From a virus (Duplodnaviria; Caudoviricetes), in the IMG/VR virus record IMGVR_UViG_3300045596_000094, positions 205,039 to 269,038 of that record: 64,000 nt of DNA. One strand, 5' to 3'. The notes under the pieces are model-generated. The model did not search any database and had not been told where the DNA came from. It was given only the letters and a program-made list of their open reading frames with translations. Of the stretch, positions 26,727 through 37,254 are shown piece by piece; the first letter of the stretch is position 1, and each line of letters starts with the position of its first letter. The translations under genes and the position numbers were made by a program.

Positions 26727-29120
26727 ATGGCTGGAGTAGTTGTACAAGACCAGACCAATGTCGGGAATATCCGCGACGTTGATTGGGTTGCCAAATCGTT
26801 TCTACTCGGCGGGGAACGAATCGAAAAGAACGCAGAACTAAAACGATGGAGAAAGTTCTCAACCGCGGATACTAAATTTGTAGGCTCGGGTATTGGTGAA
26901 CATACGGTAATCAACCCGTCACCACAGTTCACCCCAATGGCGGATATTCCACGCCAAGGTTTGTGGGTTCGTAAAGGCGAGCCGTTATTCACCCCTGGAG
27001 ATAAAGAAAATGTATTCTTTGGTTTAGGTCGTGGTTATTCTGAAGGGATAGATGATCATTTACAAGTTGTACATATGCGTTTCGGTGTAGTTCACTACAA
27101 AGGACTTATTACATTTTTCACGAGTTTTTACGATGCCGAAGCTGCTAACCTTGCCCGCTATGGTCGAGCAAGTATCAGTTATTACGCTGGTCTCATTGCA
27201 GGCACAATTGCTACGCTACCTTTAGCGCCATTAATTCTCGTAGGTAAAGCTTGGCGATTCTTCACAGGACGCTCAAGTTCTAAGTTTGCTGATTTTAAAC
27301 AAACGATGCCTTTATTTTGGACACGTATGCAAGTCATTTACAATATCCTTGGTGCTAACCTTGGTGTCATTGCACGTACTTGGGAGAATGAAGGGGTCTA
27401 TGGTAACGGGGCGGATAAGTTTGATGATCTTACCGATAAGAGTAAAGACTCAGCGTATCGTCGTTACATGCATAGACTCATTCCAGATCTCTTTAAAGAA
27501 GATGGTCGTTTAGATATCTTCACTGTAGCGAATGCCGCATCAAAACGATCTGTGAAATACCAAGCAATGATTGAGAAGATCGTGGGTAGCGCGAATAGCA
27601 TGACAGCCATGCGTGAACAGATCCTTAACCTGATAGATAAGACAACCGTAGTTGGTGAGAATTCGATCGGGATTGAAGAATATCTGAAAAAATACCATGA
27701 GTCGGTGTACGGGTCTGTCGCAGAGATGAATCTCGATGTTGACGGTATGGAAGATGAAACATCTAAAGCGATCAACGCAGTCGCATCTGGTGAAGATCCA
27801 GACGCATTAACCCGATTAGGTCAGGCAGCTTCTCAAAGCGGTACGGATGGTAATGCGCAGAACTCTGGAGCCATTGGTAACGATCAAGCAGCAGATCAAT
27901 CAGCAGTCACCAACCTTACCAATCAAAGTAACTATATGGCTGGTATCGAAGGGATGGGGATGGGTGGTTCTGGCGGCACTGGTGCGAGTAAAACAGGCGG
28001 TGCTACGGGATCAGGTACAACCAATGAAGTTGATGCTAACGGTAACCCTATTTCACCAAAGGTGACGGTAGAAGGTTCCAGCACAGCCCTAACCTCATCA
28101 GGTTATAGTCGTGAAAATGAAATGAAGGACGTTATTGTCTCTCGGGATAAGAACTCGGAAGGTAAAAGCGTAGTTGAGCGCATCGATGGTTGGTTTAGTC
28201 GTTTTGCTGAACAAGCTGTGAGTGAATGGAATCAGGGTGCTGCTTTTTTAAATGTCGCAGTTAACTATACCGGCTCTAGTTCTATTTCACTTTCCAATTC
28301 ACTGAAACAGACAACCATTCAGACACTGTTTAACGGAACCTCGGCAACCTCTCGAGATACCCGTATCTCATTAGCTGATTATAAGACTGGTTTTGATTTT
28401 ATCGACGCCGGTACGAAAATGATTGGTGGGTTTGTATCTGGTGCTGCTGACGGGCTGCGTTTATCCGGTTTAATGGCATTGGCTGGGAATGCGTTTGTTG
28501 ATATCCCTCAGCAATGGGATAACTCCGACGTTACATTCCCTACAGCTTCTTTTGAAATCGAAGTACGGACAGCAAACCCAGGTAACCCATTAAGTGCTTA
28601 TCTAAATCTATACCCAGTGGTTGCTGCCTTACTTGCTGGAGCAATGCCCCAATCCACAGGACCTCAGTCATATACCTCACCGTTTGTTTGCGAATGTTAT
28701 TGTCAGGGTTTAGTCGCCATCAGATTAGGGATGATGACAGAACTCACCATCACGGCAGCTCCTGGTAATTTAGGTTATACTAAAGACCGCAGACCTTTAG
28801 CGTTTAATATCTCGTTCACTGTAGCGGATATGAGTTCCATGATGCATATGGGGGTATCGAATGGGTTTAACGTTGGTAGCCCACTTAAACGTACCTTGGA
28901 TGACGATAGTGCTTTCTTAGACTATCTATCGACTATCACAGGTCTGCATATGCGGGATATGACTAACCCTCACCGTAAACTAGCTTTACGTGTTGCTGCT
29001 CGCATGCAGGACTATAAAGCATGGATGTCGCCTGAACATATGGCTTCCCGTATCTTTGGTCGGGATGGTATTTTGGGTTTGAATAAAATGTTTGGTGCAA
29101 CAAACTGGCCGGGTGTTTAA
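26727..29120 (+). CDS. Virion structural (tail/baseplate) protein, syntenic with phiKZ gp182
   Basis: GGAG RBS before ATG 26727 (MAGVVVQ); follows the tape-measure gene; central Gly/Thr/Ser-rich insert. Confidence 0.8.
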   Translation: MAGVVVQDQTNVGNIRDVDWVAKSFLLGGERIEKNAELKRWRKFSTADTKFVGSGIGEHTVINPSPQFTPMADIPRQGLWVRKGEPLFTPGDKENVFFGLGRGYSEGIDDHLQVVHMRFGVVHYKGLITFFTSFYDAEAANLARYGRASISYYAGLIAGTIATLPLAPLILVGKAWRFFTGRSSSKFADFKQTMPLFWTRMQVIYNILGANLGVIARTWENEGVYGNGADKFDDLTDKSKDSAYRRYMHRLIPDLFKEDGRLDIFTVANAASKRSVKYQAMIEKIVGSANSMTAMREQILNLIDKTTVVGENSIGIEEYLKKYHESVYGSVAEMNLDVDGMEDETSKAINAVASGEDPDALTRLGQAASQSGTDGNAQNSGAIGNDQAADQSAVTNLTNQSNYMAGIEGMGMGGSGGTGASKTGGATGSGTTNEVDANGNPISPKVTVEGSSTALTSSGYSRENEMKDVIVSRDKNSEGKSVVERIDGWFSRFAEQAVSEWNQGAAFLNVAVNYTGSSSISLSNSLKQTTIQTLFNGTSATSRDTRISLADYKTGFDFIDAGTKMIGGFVSGAADGLRLSGLMALAGNAFVDIPQQWDNSDVTFPTASFEIEVRTANPGNPLSAYLNLYPVVAALLAGAMPQSTGPQSYTSPFVCECYCQGLVAIRLGMMTELTITAAPGNLGYTKDRRPLAFNISFTVADMSSMMHMGVSNGFNVGSPLKRTLDDDSAFLDYLSTITGLHMRDMTNPHRKLALRVAARMQDYKAWMSPEHMASRIFGRDGILGLNKMFGATNWPGV

Positions 29121-29141
29121 AAATAAAATAAACCATAATCG

Positions 29142-29171
29142 AATAGAGAGAGCCCTAGGGCTCTCTCTATT
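29142..29171. terminator. Perfect CCTAGG palindrome between convergent genes
   Basis: aatagagagagccct|agggctctctctatt. Confidence 0.8.
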
Positions 29172-30247
29172 TATGACCAATTTAAATATTTGTATTTTCC
29201 ACTAAGCGCTTTCTTAAACGGTACAATATCGTACGTACCCGCTATTGCTAAAGGGTCAACATACATATCGAATGTGAAGAAGCATTCTTTGGTAAAAGTC
29301 GATGCATTCTTGAAAACATCTAAATCATAAACTTTAGTTGACTGCCCATCAATGAATTTATACATCCATTCTTTACGGATCTTTTTCAAGGTTTCATCAA
29401 GTTTCTTAGCGGTGGCTTCTGTGGCTTCTGGATAAGAAGTTGTTGATCTGAAGTTTGCAAGAATATCCGCAATAAGGTTAGGATTCTGTCCGAGTAACTC
29501 CTCACCACTGGCGTGACTCAACATGGTTTGCAGATAATCCAAATCTGATATGGCATAATTATCTTTGGCAGATGCTGTAACGACTTGTTTCTTTTCATCG
29601 TCACTCAGTTTCTCAATTAACTTATCCATTACCCCGGGAAGGTTAAATTCCACGGCAGCTTTATTGAGTGCTTTATAAACTGCTAACGTGTCAGATAGGT
29701 TAAAGATCTTAATGAATTCGTCATCGTCTGAAATAGATGCGATATAATCAGAAAGTGTTTGTAAGTTGGTGATATCTTTGAATCCACGCATGGTTGTTTT
29801 TAAACCTGCCTGCGTTACATCGATATTCTTAAAACCTGCCTGTACTGATTTTTCTAAACTACTACCACCTGCAACCTTTGTAATCGCATCTAAACGCTTA
29901 CCAAGTTCAGTATTATAAAAACCCAATGACTTCAAAATATCATCAGTAACCATACCGGTGTAGGTTTTCATCTCACCAGATGTCTGACCAGTAACCCCAG
30001 AAGCGCGATTTAGAGCACCATCCCAATCTACCTTACCGTTGGTTGCATAACCTTTAGCTACTTCTTTTAAAATATCGCTAAACGGATTTGAACTTTTATT
30101 TACAGCGCCACCAATCCCGTTGGTGTCTGTGGCTAATCCAGGTGTGGCATTAGTAGGGCGCTTTGGCGGATCTTTATAGACATCTACCGTGGCGGCTTTA
30201 TTATCAGGACCACTTGTGAAACTTGTGTTCGCTAACTGTAAAGGCAT
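29171..30247 (-). CDS. Putative virion structural protein (358 aa)
   Basis: GGAG RBS; N-terminus LANTSFTSGPDNKAATVDVY resembles a phiKZ-like virion protein (recalled, not searched). Confidence 0.65.
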   Translation of the reverse strand: MPLQLANTSFTSGPDNKAATVDVYKDPPKRPTNATPGLATDTNGIGGAVNKSSNPFSDILKEVAKGYATNGKVDWDGALNRASGVTGQTSGEMKTYTGMVTDDILKSLGFYNTELGKRLDAITKVAGGSSLEKSVQAGFKNIDVTQAGLKTTMRGFKDITNLQTLSDYIASISDDDEFIKIFNLSDTLAVYKALNKAAVEFNLPGVMDKLIEKLSDDEKKQVVTASAKDNYAISDLDYLQTMLSHASGEELLGQNPNLIADILANFRSTTSYPEATEATAKKLDETLKKIRKEWMYKFIDGQSTKVYDLDVFKNASTFTKECFFTFDMYVDPLAIAGTYDIVPFKKALSGKYKYLNWS

Positions 30248-30323
30248 AGCAAATCTCCAAAAATAAAAATATTCACAGAATCATAGAATCAGTCTGGGAC
30301 TAACCCAGACCGATCCTTTTAAT

Positions 30324-30827
30324 TTAACTAGCGAGTTTTTCCTTAGAAGAAACATGAGTTTCCTTCTTACCGAAAGGAAATTTAACATCAGCCCTGAGCA
30401 TCTCAGCTGAGGCAGGTTTAACTTCTTCACTCGTAGCCTCATAGCTATCGAACTGTGAACTGTCAATTACCGTCTCGTGTCGCTCAACCACCCCAAGTGG
30501 GAAATGCACATCTGCTTGAAAACGAACTGCCTCTACTCTAAGAATACTCATTCCACGTAAAAAAGTCTTCCAAGTCATAGTGGGTTCGGATAACGCTCGG
30601 ATCAGGTTTCCCCGAATAGAGCTTCTTTGAGCAGTTTTAATGGTCCCTTCATTAATGTTTCGAATCAACCAAAGATTCAAACCTTTGTTAAAACCATCTT
30701 CGGTAATACGTCGCGTACGCAACATACTTCTCCAGAGATAAGTGAGGTCATCTTCAGCCTCATCGATACGTTTGTCTGCTGCAGAAAGCATCCGACTAAG
30801 CGGTGTCTGTTTCTTTCGTTGAGTCAT
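30324..30827 (-). CDS. Hypothetical protein (167 aa)
   Basis: Overlapping operon ORF followed by a hairpin at ~30287-30315. Confidence 0.75.
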   Translation of the reverse strand: MTQRKKQTPLSRMLSAADKRIDEAEDDLTYLWRSMLRTRRITEDGFNKGLNLWLIRNINEGTIKTAQRSSIRGNLIRALSEPTMTWKTFLRGMSILRVEAVRFQADVHFPLGVVERHETVIDSSQFDSYEATSEEVKPASAEMLRADVKFPFGKKETHVSSKEKLAS

Positions 30828-31458
30828 TTATTTTTCCATGTTTAATTAGTTCGTGTATGTAATCCTCGACTAGAGTAACAACTTTAGAAATATTACGCTC
30901 AGCATAATCTTTCTTTACACTACTTAAAGTTGGGTGGGCTTTAAGTGCTGTGTAGGTTTCATACACGGTTAATGTTAATGACAAAATACTATCAAAAGCT
31001 TCTTTCACTGTACGACATTTTCCTTGGGAGATAAAGAGACTAAGCTCTTTATCCATAATCACACCTCTGGATAAACCTGTGATTTTAGGATCATCCAGAT
31101 AAAAAGCATCATCAGGAAATTTCGTTTGGTTTGTTAGATACTCATTCACTTTATTTAAAAGTAAAAGATAATCTCCATGATTACCTAGTTGGCTTTTAAT
31201 ATTTTTATAAAGTTTAAAATCGAATGGGTCATCAGATAAATCAGTTGAGAAAGTTTTGAATGCTAACAAGGTATGGAATATTTCTAATACAGGATCTCCT
31301 TCTTGTTCGGTTTCTATAATGGGTTCTACAGGTAAAGGGTCAGTCACTGGCTCTACGGGGAGTATAATGATTTTATCATTTACCCAAATGCTTTTGAGCA
31401 ACGCCATCAGCCAGGTAATAAAGCGGTGAAACATTTTAGAATATCTCCGTGGGTACAT
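30796..31458 (-). CDS. Hypothetical protein (start probably MFHRF)
   Basis: ORF with GGAG RBS before the second Met. Confidence 0.7.
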   Translation of the reverse strand: MYPRRYSKMFHRFITWLMALLKSIWVNDKIIILPVEPVTDPLPVEPIIETEQEGDPVLEIFHTLLAFKTFSTDLSDDPFDFKLYKNIKSQLGNHGDYLLLLNKVNEYLTNQTKFPDDAFYLDDPKITGLSRGVIMDKELSLFISQGKCRTVKEAFDSILSLTLTVYETYTALKAHPTLSSVKKDYAERNISKVVTLVEDYIHELIKHGKINDSTKETDTA

Positions 31459-31502
31459 AGAGATAATATGTATCTATAAAGTCTTTAAAGGAGTATTGTG
31501 CT

Positions 31503-32012
31503 ATGTCTGAATCAGAACTCACCGTACCACGCCGAATCACTACGGCTGAATTACTTGCTGGCGATACTCTGAATGATGACGACACACTCCGACTCGTTCG
31601 AAATGCCAGACTAACAATTACGGATAAATTATTAGAAGGTGGTATCCCTACTGATAAAGATTCGTTTGAGATGTTAAGTAAGAACTTAGCTGAGCTTGAT
31701 AAATCCGCACTCAAATCCAAAGGATTGGCAATTGATGAATCTAATGCCGAAGCTAATGCAAAACTTGCTGCCGCAGCTGCCGAAACCTTCTTTAAGAAAG
31801 TGGGTTCTGGTAAAGATCCATTCTTAGCAGAAGAGGGTCAGGTTGTTACTGTTATTGATCCCGTAGCGGAGATTCAAGGAACAGGTATTCCAGTTCCTGG
31901 AGAACTTAAAGTCGGGGATGACACAAAGTCATACGACGAGTTCATGAAGGAAGCTGGTGAGGGAATCGCCGAACGGGTTCGTTCTGGTGAGTTAAGTTTG
32001 AAAGACCTATAA
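31503..32012 (+). CDS. Hypothetical protein (169 aa)
   Basis: AAGGAG RBS; followed by a palindromic terminator. Confidence 0.8.
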   Translation: MSESELTVPRRITTAELLAGDTLNDDDTLRLVRNARLTITDKLLEGGIPTDKDSFEMLSKNLAELDKSALKSKGLAIDESNAEANAKLAAAAAETFFKKVGSGKDPFLAEEGQVVTVIDPVAEIQGTGIPVPGELKVGDDTKSYDEFMKEAGEGIAERVRSGELSLKDL

Positions 32013-32026
32013 CCGCATAGATGAAG

Positions 32027-32052
32027 ATAGAGTAGCCCTAGGGCTACTCTAT
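32027..32052. terminator. Perfect CCTAGG palindrome between convergent genes
   Basis: atagagtagccct|agggctactctat. Confidence 0.8.
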
Positions 32053-32080
32053 TGGATTTATGTTCTAGTATTGGCTGACA

Positions 32081-33442
32081 TTATTCGCCAAGTCGATACC
32101 AGATATTGACTGTAACCCCATAACCGTACGGGTTTGCAATCGTAGCGGTTGAATCATCGTCACTTAACGTAACATCTAATTTACCCGCATCTTGTTCATT
32201 ATCTGGACAATGTACGTTAAAATCATTAACCTTTGAGAGTGATCCGTCATGTAGTCCAAAGTTCACCGCAGAGGCAGCCGGATTAATTTTCAATGAGCTA
32301 TATGGCGGGATAATTGCCTTGGCTAGGTATTCGTTATCGCCAACTAAAAACATACCTAACAGACATTGATCTTTAGAAACCACTGCGTTATTTAAACCGG
32401 CCAATAGGTGCGATTTTCCGATTAAAGAAGCGATATGTTTACAAACTTCTGTGGGTATATCTGTATTATCTAAATCAATACGAATGACACGTTTTAGCGG
32501 GTTGCGGTCCACAGTAACGGTCAGAGCCTTTACTTCGTTACGAATATTTGTAATGTGGAATTGACCAATTTCAAATTTAGTAACGATTTCAACCCCATTA
32601 GTGTCGAAGCTAGGTACTTCACCGTCGACATCGAAACTAACATTGTCCACCGTAATTTTCAATTCGTCTTCGTCTGTACCAGATTTACTTAACAGGACAC
32701 CGTGACTTTTAATTTGACCAAGAATATTACAGTTGGATAATTCTGAATTAGCGTCGATATTGATCGTAGCTCGATATTTGTCTTTGCCCACTTGACTAAG
32801 TGAAGCCAAACAACTATCTTCTTTCACTGGGATATCGATTACCTTATTACTTAATTGATGTGCGTATTCAATTAATTCTTCTTCAGAGCCAACGAATAAA
32901 AGCGTACCCGCATTTTTAACAACTTGGATTTTATCGATATTTGGACGATCTTCAATTAGACCCACCATTTCAAACACTGGGGTTTGGAACTTGTATGATT
33001 TCAACCATTTGTCTTTAGGGTAAAATTCCCCATCATTGCCTTCAACAGATTCTTTCACACGGTTGATGTATTGTGCAGTACGCTCATCAAATACGATATA
33101 GGTTTCAACCCCTTTATCCGCGTATTTCTGCTGGGTTTTTAATGCACCTTCTTCGCTGTCGTCTAAACGTGTAAACAGTTTAGAAACGATTTCTTCGTAG
33201 TCTTCGTCAAGCGAATAAGTGACCGAAGCTTTTTGCGCATCCAACAATACACGGATGTCTCCAGTGGCATCACGGAAATCTTCTTCGTTACGTTGGTTAA
33301 ACGCTACAACCTGCTCAGCTGTTTCTTGTAATTGATAGGTTAGATGCTTCTGAAGATCTGACCAAAGGTTATTTTTACGGTATCCCGCAATACGTTGCAT
33401 TTCTTCTGAAGTTTTTGCAGCAGTTTCAGTTTGGCTAGTCAT
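32081..33442 (-). CDS. MazG-like/all-alpha NTP pyrophosphohydrolase with long C-terminal extension
   Basis: N-terminal QETAE...EEDFRDATGDIRV (ExxE...DxxxD) and K(W)LKS tail motif; internally repeated C-terminal region. Confidence 0.6.
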   Translation of the reverse strand: MTSQTETAAKTSEEMQRIAGYRKNNLWSDLQKHLTYQLQETAEQVVAFNQRNEEDFRDATGDIRVLLDAQKASVTYSLDEDYEEIVSKLFTRLDDSEEGALKTQQKYADKGVETYIVFDERTAQYINRVKESVEGNDGEFYPKDKWLKSYKFQTPVFEMVGLIEDRPNIDKIQVVKNAGTLLFVGSEEELIEYAHQLSNKVIDIPVKEDSCLASLSQVGKDKYRATINIDANSELSNCNILGQIKSHGVLLSKSGTDEDELKITVDNVSFDVDGEVPSFDTNGVEIVTKFEIGQFHITNIRNEVKALTVTVDRNPLKRVIRIDLDNTDIPTEVCKHIASLIGKSHLLAGLNNAVVSKDQCLLGMFLVGDNEYLAKAIIPPYSSLKINPAASAVNFGLHDGSLSKVNDFNVHCPDNEQDAGKLDVTLSDDDSTATIANPYGYGVTVNIWYRLGE

Positions 33443-33509
33443 TAGACAATCCTTAGTTTGGGTTTTAGAGAGAGGTTATTACTACAGGATAACAGAGATA
33501 AATAAATTA

Positions 33510-34301
33510 TTACTCATCTCTGATGGTTGCGTTATGTAACTCCATAGCGACGAATAAATCGGGTTCTAAAAGAGAGAAATGTTCAGCTCCGAGATACTCA
33601 AGATGGAAATACGTTTTCATCCAGAATTGGATTGATTCCAAAGGATCTGCTTTCTTACCTGCAGGGTTTTCAAAATCACGGAGTTCTTTGAGTTTTTCTA
33701 GACTCGTAAAAAGAGCAGGAGCATATATTGAGTTTCGTGGGCGTTCGTAACTTTCGATCTTATCCTCATTCCCTTCACCGAAATGGGACGTTAACCATTC
33801 ATCAAAATCATACATGATCGCTGTCGCAATCTTTAAACGATCCCATTCTACTGGATTAAGGTCTTTAATCGGAACACAGATAAAATCAATCTTTACCTGC
33901 TGTTTGAGTCGTGCGCGAATAGCACTCTCAATGGCTTCTAATTCGTCCGTAGTGAGGTTTTTATACGGATGGTAGTTGACTATCAGGTCGAACCCGCTAA
34001 TCGTGTGCGGTGCAGCCTGTGCTTGATCAAAGACCTGTTGTATTAGATCGGTGAGTTCAAACACGAAAGGGGTAATTGATGATGCGCGCAAATGGGTTTC
34101 ATCGCGTTGTTTCCAGAGCTCTCTGAATTTACTAGAATCAACCCCTTGCTCTGACCAATCATCCACCAAACGGGTACGGTACTTTTCAAAACTTTCTTTA
34201 GAGGAAACAATTGCTTTCGGTATTTCGGGGTCATAAGACCCTAGAACAGCTAGACGCGTATCAAGTATGCAGTCTAGCTGTATCATCAGGTTGTGTTTCA
34301 T
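33510..34301 (-). CDS. Conserved jumbo phage protein (263 aa; HAD-like N-terminal DxxLDT)
   Basis: LMIQLDCILDTRL; lies in the core operon with the vRNAP subunit. Confidence 0.7.
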   Translation of the reverse strand: MKHNLMIQLDCILDTRLAVLGSYDPEIPKAIVSSKESFEKYRTRLVDDWSEQGVDSSKFRELWKQRDETHLRASSITPFVFELTDLIQQVFDQAQAAPHTISGFDLIVNYHPYKNLTTDELEAIESAIRARLKQQVKIDFICVPIKDLNPVEWDRLKIATAIMYDFDEWLTSHFGEGNEDKIESYERPRNSIYAPALFTSLEKLKELRDFENPAGKKADPLESIQFWMKTYFHLEYLGAEHFSLLEPDLFVAMELHNATIRDE

Positions 34302-34789
34302 CGTTGGGGCTCTTTATCTTGTTCTGGATCCAAAGGAATAACAATGGAAGTAAAGAAGTTCATTCGGATGAGGAAAAGGCTAATCAGCCATTGGTTGTTA
34401 GTAAAGATAGATACACATTCACTTTCACTAACAATACTTTCCTTGGTTACTGCATTTGCTTGCATCGCACGCCAATAACCGTTAGCTAAGGCTGTAGCCA
34501 ATGTGGTATAGGCATCGTCACTAAATTTAGTCATGAGATACATATTGATTTCATGCATAAACGTTTTAGTACTACTTTGCATATAACTTCGATGTAGATC
34601 AGAAATCACTGAAGCGTTGACGATTTCAGGAAGACGTTCGTCGACCTTAACATCACGAACAAAATCGGATAGCTCTGTAGATACCTTCGCAAATTTAGTT
34701 TCATCGTCGCCGTCGTGGGAATTGTATTCAATTAACATTCTTCCCACGACAAAGTTTGTTTCATCTAAGAAACTTTCTAATAAATCCAT
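34298..34789 (-). CDS. Hypothetical protein (163 aa)
   Basis: ATGA-coupled operon gene. Confidence 0.75.
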   Translation of the reverse strand: MDLLESFLDETNFVVGRMLIEYNSHDGDDETKFAKVSTELSDFVRDVKVDERLPEIVNASVISDLHRSYMQSSTKTFMHEINMYLMTKFSDDAYTTLATALANGYWRAMQANAVTKESIVSESECVSIFTNNQWLISLFLIRMNFFTSIVIPLDPEQDKEPQR

Positions 34790-34792
34790 GTT

Positions 34793-35470
34793 TTAACCTG
34801 CAAAGTTATTGGCAAAGCCCATTCCATTAAGAATAATAGAAAGTGTCTTTACTGAACGGGTTGGTCGCAATGAAGCCCCAGGTGTAGCGTACATAGAGGC
34901 TGCACCTGTTTTAATGATCATGTTTTCAGTGTACCGACGAGATACGTTGTCCCCGCCACGATACTTCATGAGTTCCATAATCGGGGCTTCTAAACCGACT
35001 GAGTTTAAGATCATGAACTCTGGACCAGAACATTGCGCGGAACGAGAATCTCCAGCAGGCTGCCCTGTGGTATTGTCGATTGACTTATTGTTCTTCGGTA
35101 CAGAGATCTTATCATCGATGGTTTGCGTCTGACGACAAACTGTAGAATCATAAACCAAATGTTTCAGCGGGGTTAAAAACTCCACACCAGTGACTGGATC
35201 AGTTACCCAAATACGCTGATAGAAATCATACCCCATACGTTTAGCCATTTCGATATTGTTATCTACAGTAATTCCTGTAACTTCATCATAGTTCGGCACA
35301 TTAACAAACAATGGATTCTTACCAGACACAATACCGTCAATAAAAAGTTTAAACTCTTCATTGCTCATCTTTGGGAGAACGTCGTTATAAAACTCATAAT
35401 GACGCCCAGATGTATCTAACTCCTTCATTCGTTGAAGGAGCTTTCCTGTAGCTGAAGCTCGGTTAAGCAT
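34793..35470 (-). CDS. Virion RNA polymerase beta subunit, C-terminal part (phiKZ gp149-like)
   Basis: TDPVTG; TGQPAGDSRSAQCSGPE; ELMKYRGGD, corresponding to the RpoB C-terminus. Confidence 0.88.
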   Translation of the reverse strand: MLNRASATGKLLQRMKELDTSGRHYEFYNDVLPKMSNEEFKLFIDGIVSGKNPLFVNVPNYDEVTGITVDNNIEMAKRMGYDFYQRIWVTDPVTGVEFLTPLKHLVYDSTVCRQTQTIDDKISVPKNNKSIDNTTGQPAGDSRSAQCSGPEFMILNSVGLEAPIMELMKYRGGDNVSRRYTENMIIKTGAASMYATPGASLRPTRSVKTLSIILNGMGFANNFAG

Positions 35471-35479
35471 GTTTTACCT

Positions 35480-35782
35480 CTATTGACCTTGATAGTGGTC
35501 TGACAAGAAAGGAAGTACAGTTCTACAGAACGTGTTTAACCAAACACCGACATTGTCTGTATGACTATTCAAGTTAGCCAGACAGGTCTCCTTATCAATA
35601 TTTTCTACTTGTGAGATTTCACGAGTAAAGACCTCAGTTAAATCACCAATCATTAGAACCTCTTTGCGTGGAATGACTGAGTTCACTCGACTACAAATGG
35701 CTGGGTGCGTATTAAATACAGCACCCATGAGGAATTGGCGGTTAATTGCCGCAGTTTGCATGATAATTCCTATTTCATCCAA
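35480..35782 (-). CDS. Hypothetical protein (100 aa)
   Basis: Operon gene between UvsX and the RNAP subunit. Confidence 0.7.
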   Translation of the reverse strand: MDEIGIIMQTAAINRQFLMGAVFNTHPAICSRVNSVIPRKEVLMIGDLTEVFTREISQVENIDKETCLANLNSHTDNVGVWLNTFCRTVLPFLSDHYQGQ

Positions 35783-37170
35783 TATGGTTTCTTATCGTGG
35801 TTATAAAGTTCCAACAAGTCACGAGTTGACATGAATGGAATAGGGTTTGTATACTGGTCAAACGTCCAATAACCACGGGTACTTAATAATTGATCCCAGT
35901 CGTAACCTTGTTCCTTCAAACCCTTATATAGTTCAGCAGGTTCTACCAGGTTCTCAGCTGAGAACTCTAGCCAGAGATTACGCATCTGACATAGTTCAGA
36001 AGTAATTTCCATTGCTCGACGGAATTTAGGATCTTCTTTGATCAGTTGACGAATGTTGTTACGTGTAAACTTAACATCTGGATAAATTTCTAGATATTGA
36101 GTAACAACGTTAGAGCTTAAACCAAAGCGGTTGAAGTTCTTACAATACCAATACTCAGACAGTGTTGTCTGCAAGCCGTATGTTTGTGAGAAAATCAATT
36201 CAAAAGGAATACCGGTAACACCAGACTTGGTGCGAATAGGTAATACTGTCGCTACCATAAGGTCGGTTGACCCTTTCATATCATCTTCTTTAGATAATGG
36301 GAATTCAGGCTGTTTTGTACCCTGATTAATCATCGATTTGAGATCAGTAATCTCAAATAAGTTATTTGTTAAGAATGTAAAGTTCTCAGGAACTTTCTTC
36401 ATTTTACGAGTATTCTTTACAAACGCTAACTTCTTCTTGGGCGCGTTGTATTGATCCATGACAATAACGTCACCCATATGAGCCGTCATAGTGATACAGA
36501 GAGAAGAACGCCCAGTAAGTACAGGTAACGCATCCAACAACTGCGCCTTACCTGCGGCAGACTGCATTGCCACTGTGTTCATTTCAGACTCACCCACACC
36601 GGCACCGTCTACTTTCTTCGTAATCGCGGCTGTCCAGAATTGTGATAGCGAATCGATTTCACCAAACACTGGGGCGTAAATAGCAATTGGTTTACCAGAT
36701 TTATCAACGAAAGGTGTTTCGATCATCTTTTCATTTTTAACACGTTCGTCAACCATTGCTTTTAAAACGCCGAACCAAGCAGTGCCATCGTATTCCACGG
36801 CAGAGGTAAAACCAAAACGTCCGAGTTCTTCATCTAGGGTAGATGCCAATTCCCCCGATGGGTCAATTTGATTTGCCAACTCAATAAAACGTAAACGCGT
36901 TGATGAGTTTTCTGTATCGTAAGAGAAGCCTGATGAAACCGCATAACGATACATAGCGATCAATAAACGCGCATGCGCTAATGTCGATTTCATCGAGTTA
37001 CCGGGACCAGTGATCCCTTCAATAGCGGAAATACCACCATTTAAAATCCATTCGCCCTTAGCGCCTTGGATATACCGCCCAGTTTGCACATCCATCAAAC
37101 AACCCACATTAAACATTGGACGGAATGGAGATGCTTGTTTAAAGCCTTTAGAAAAATTAAAGCCAGACAT
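35770..37170 (-). CDS. uvsX: UvsX/RecA-like recombinase (phiKZ gp152-like)
   Basis: Variant Walker A GPGNSMKST, YDTE, Walker B EIDSLS; synteny. Confidence 0.85.
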   Translation of the reverse strand: MSGFNFSKGFKQASPFRPMFNVGCLMDVQTGRYIQGAKGEWILNGGISAIEGITGPGNSMKSTLAHARLLIAMYRYAVSSGFSYDTENSSTRLRFIELANQIDPSGELASTLDEELGRFGFTSAVEYDGTAWFGVLKAMVDERVKNEKMIETPFVDKSGKPIAIYAPVFGEIDSLSQFWTAAITKKVDGAGVGESEMNTVAMQSAAGKAQLLDALPVLTGRSSLCITMTAHMGDVIVMDQYNAPKKKLAFVKNTRKMKKVPENFTFLTNNLFEITDLKSMINQGTKQPEFPLSKEDDMKGSTDLMVATVLPIRTKSGVTGIPFELIFSQTYGLQTTLSEYWYCKNFNRFGLSSNVVTQYLEIYPDVKFTRNNIRQLIKEDPKFRRAMEITSELCQMRNLWLEFSAENLVEPAELYKGLKEQGYDWDQLLSTRGYWTFDQYTNPIPFMSTRDLLELYNHDKKPYWMK

Positions 37171-37254
37171 GTTTGTACCTTACTTTATATGAATGATTAC
37201 GTTTCAGATTATACTGGGAACGCTAATAAAATAATTTTCTCTGAGGAATTACCC

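Noticed and set aside
14254-28065. Numerous 60-140-aa antisense or alternate-frame ORFs within the RNAP, tape-measure and gp182-like genes
   Set aside because: These are shadow ORFs from codon bias, lacking RBS or motifs. Only the embedded o-spanin has independent support (lipobox plus context).
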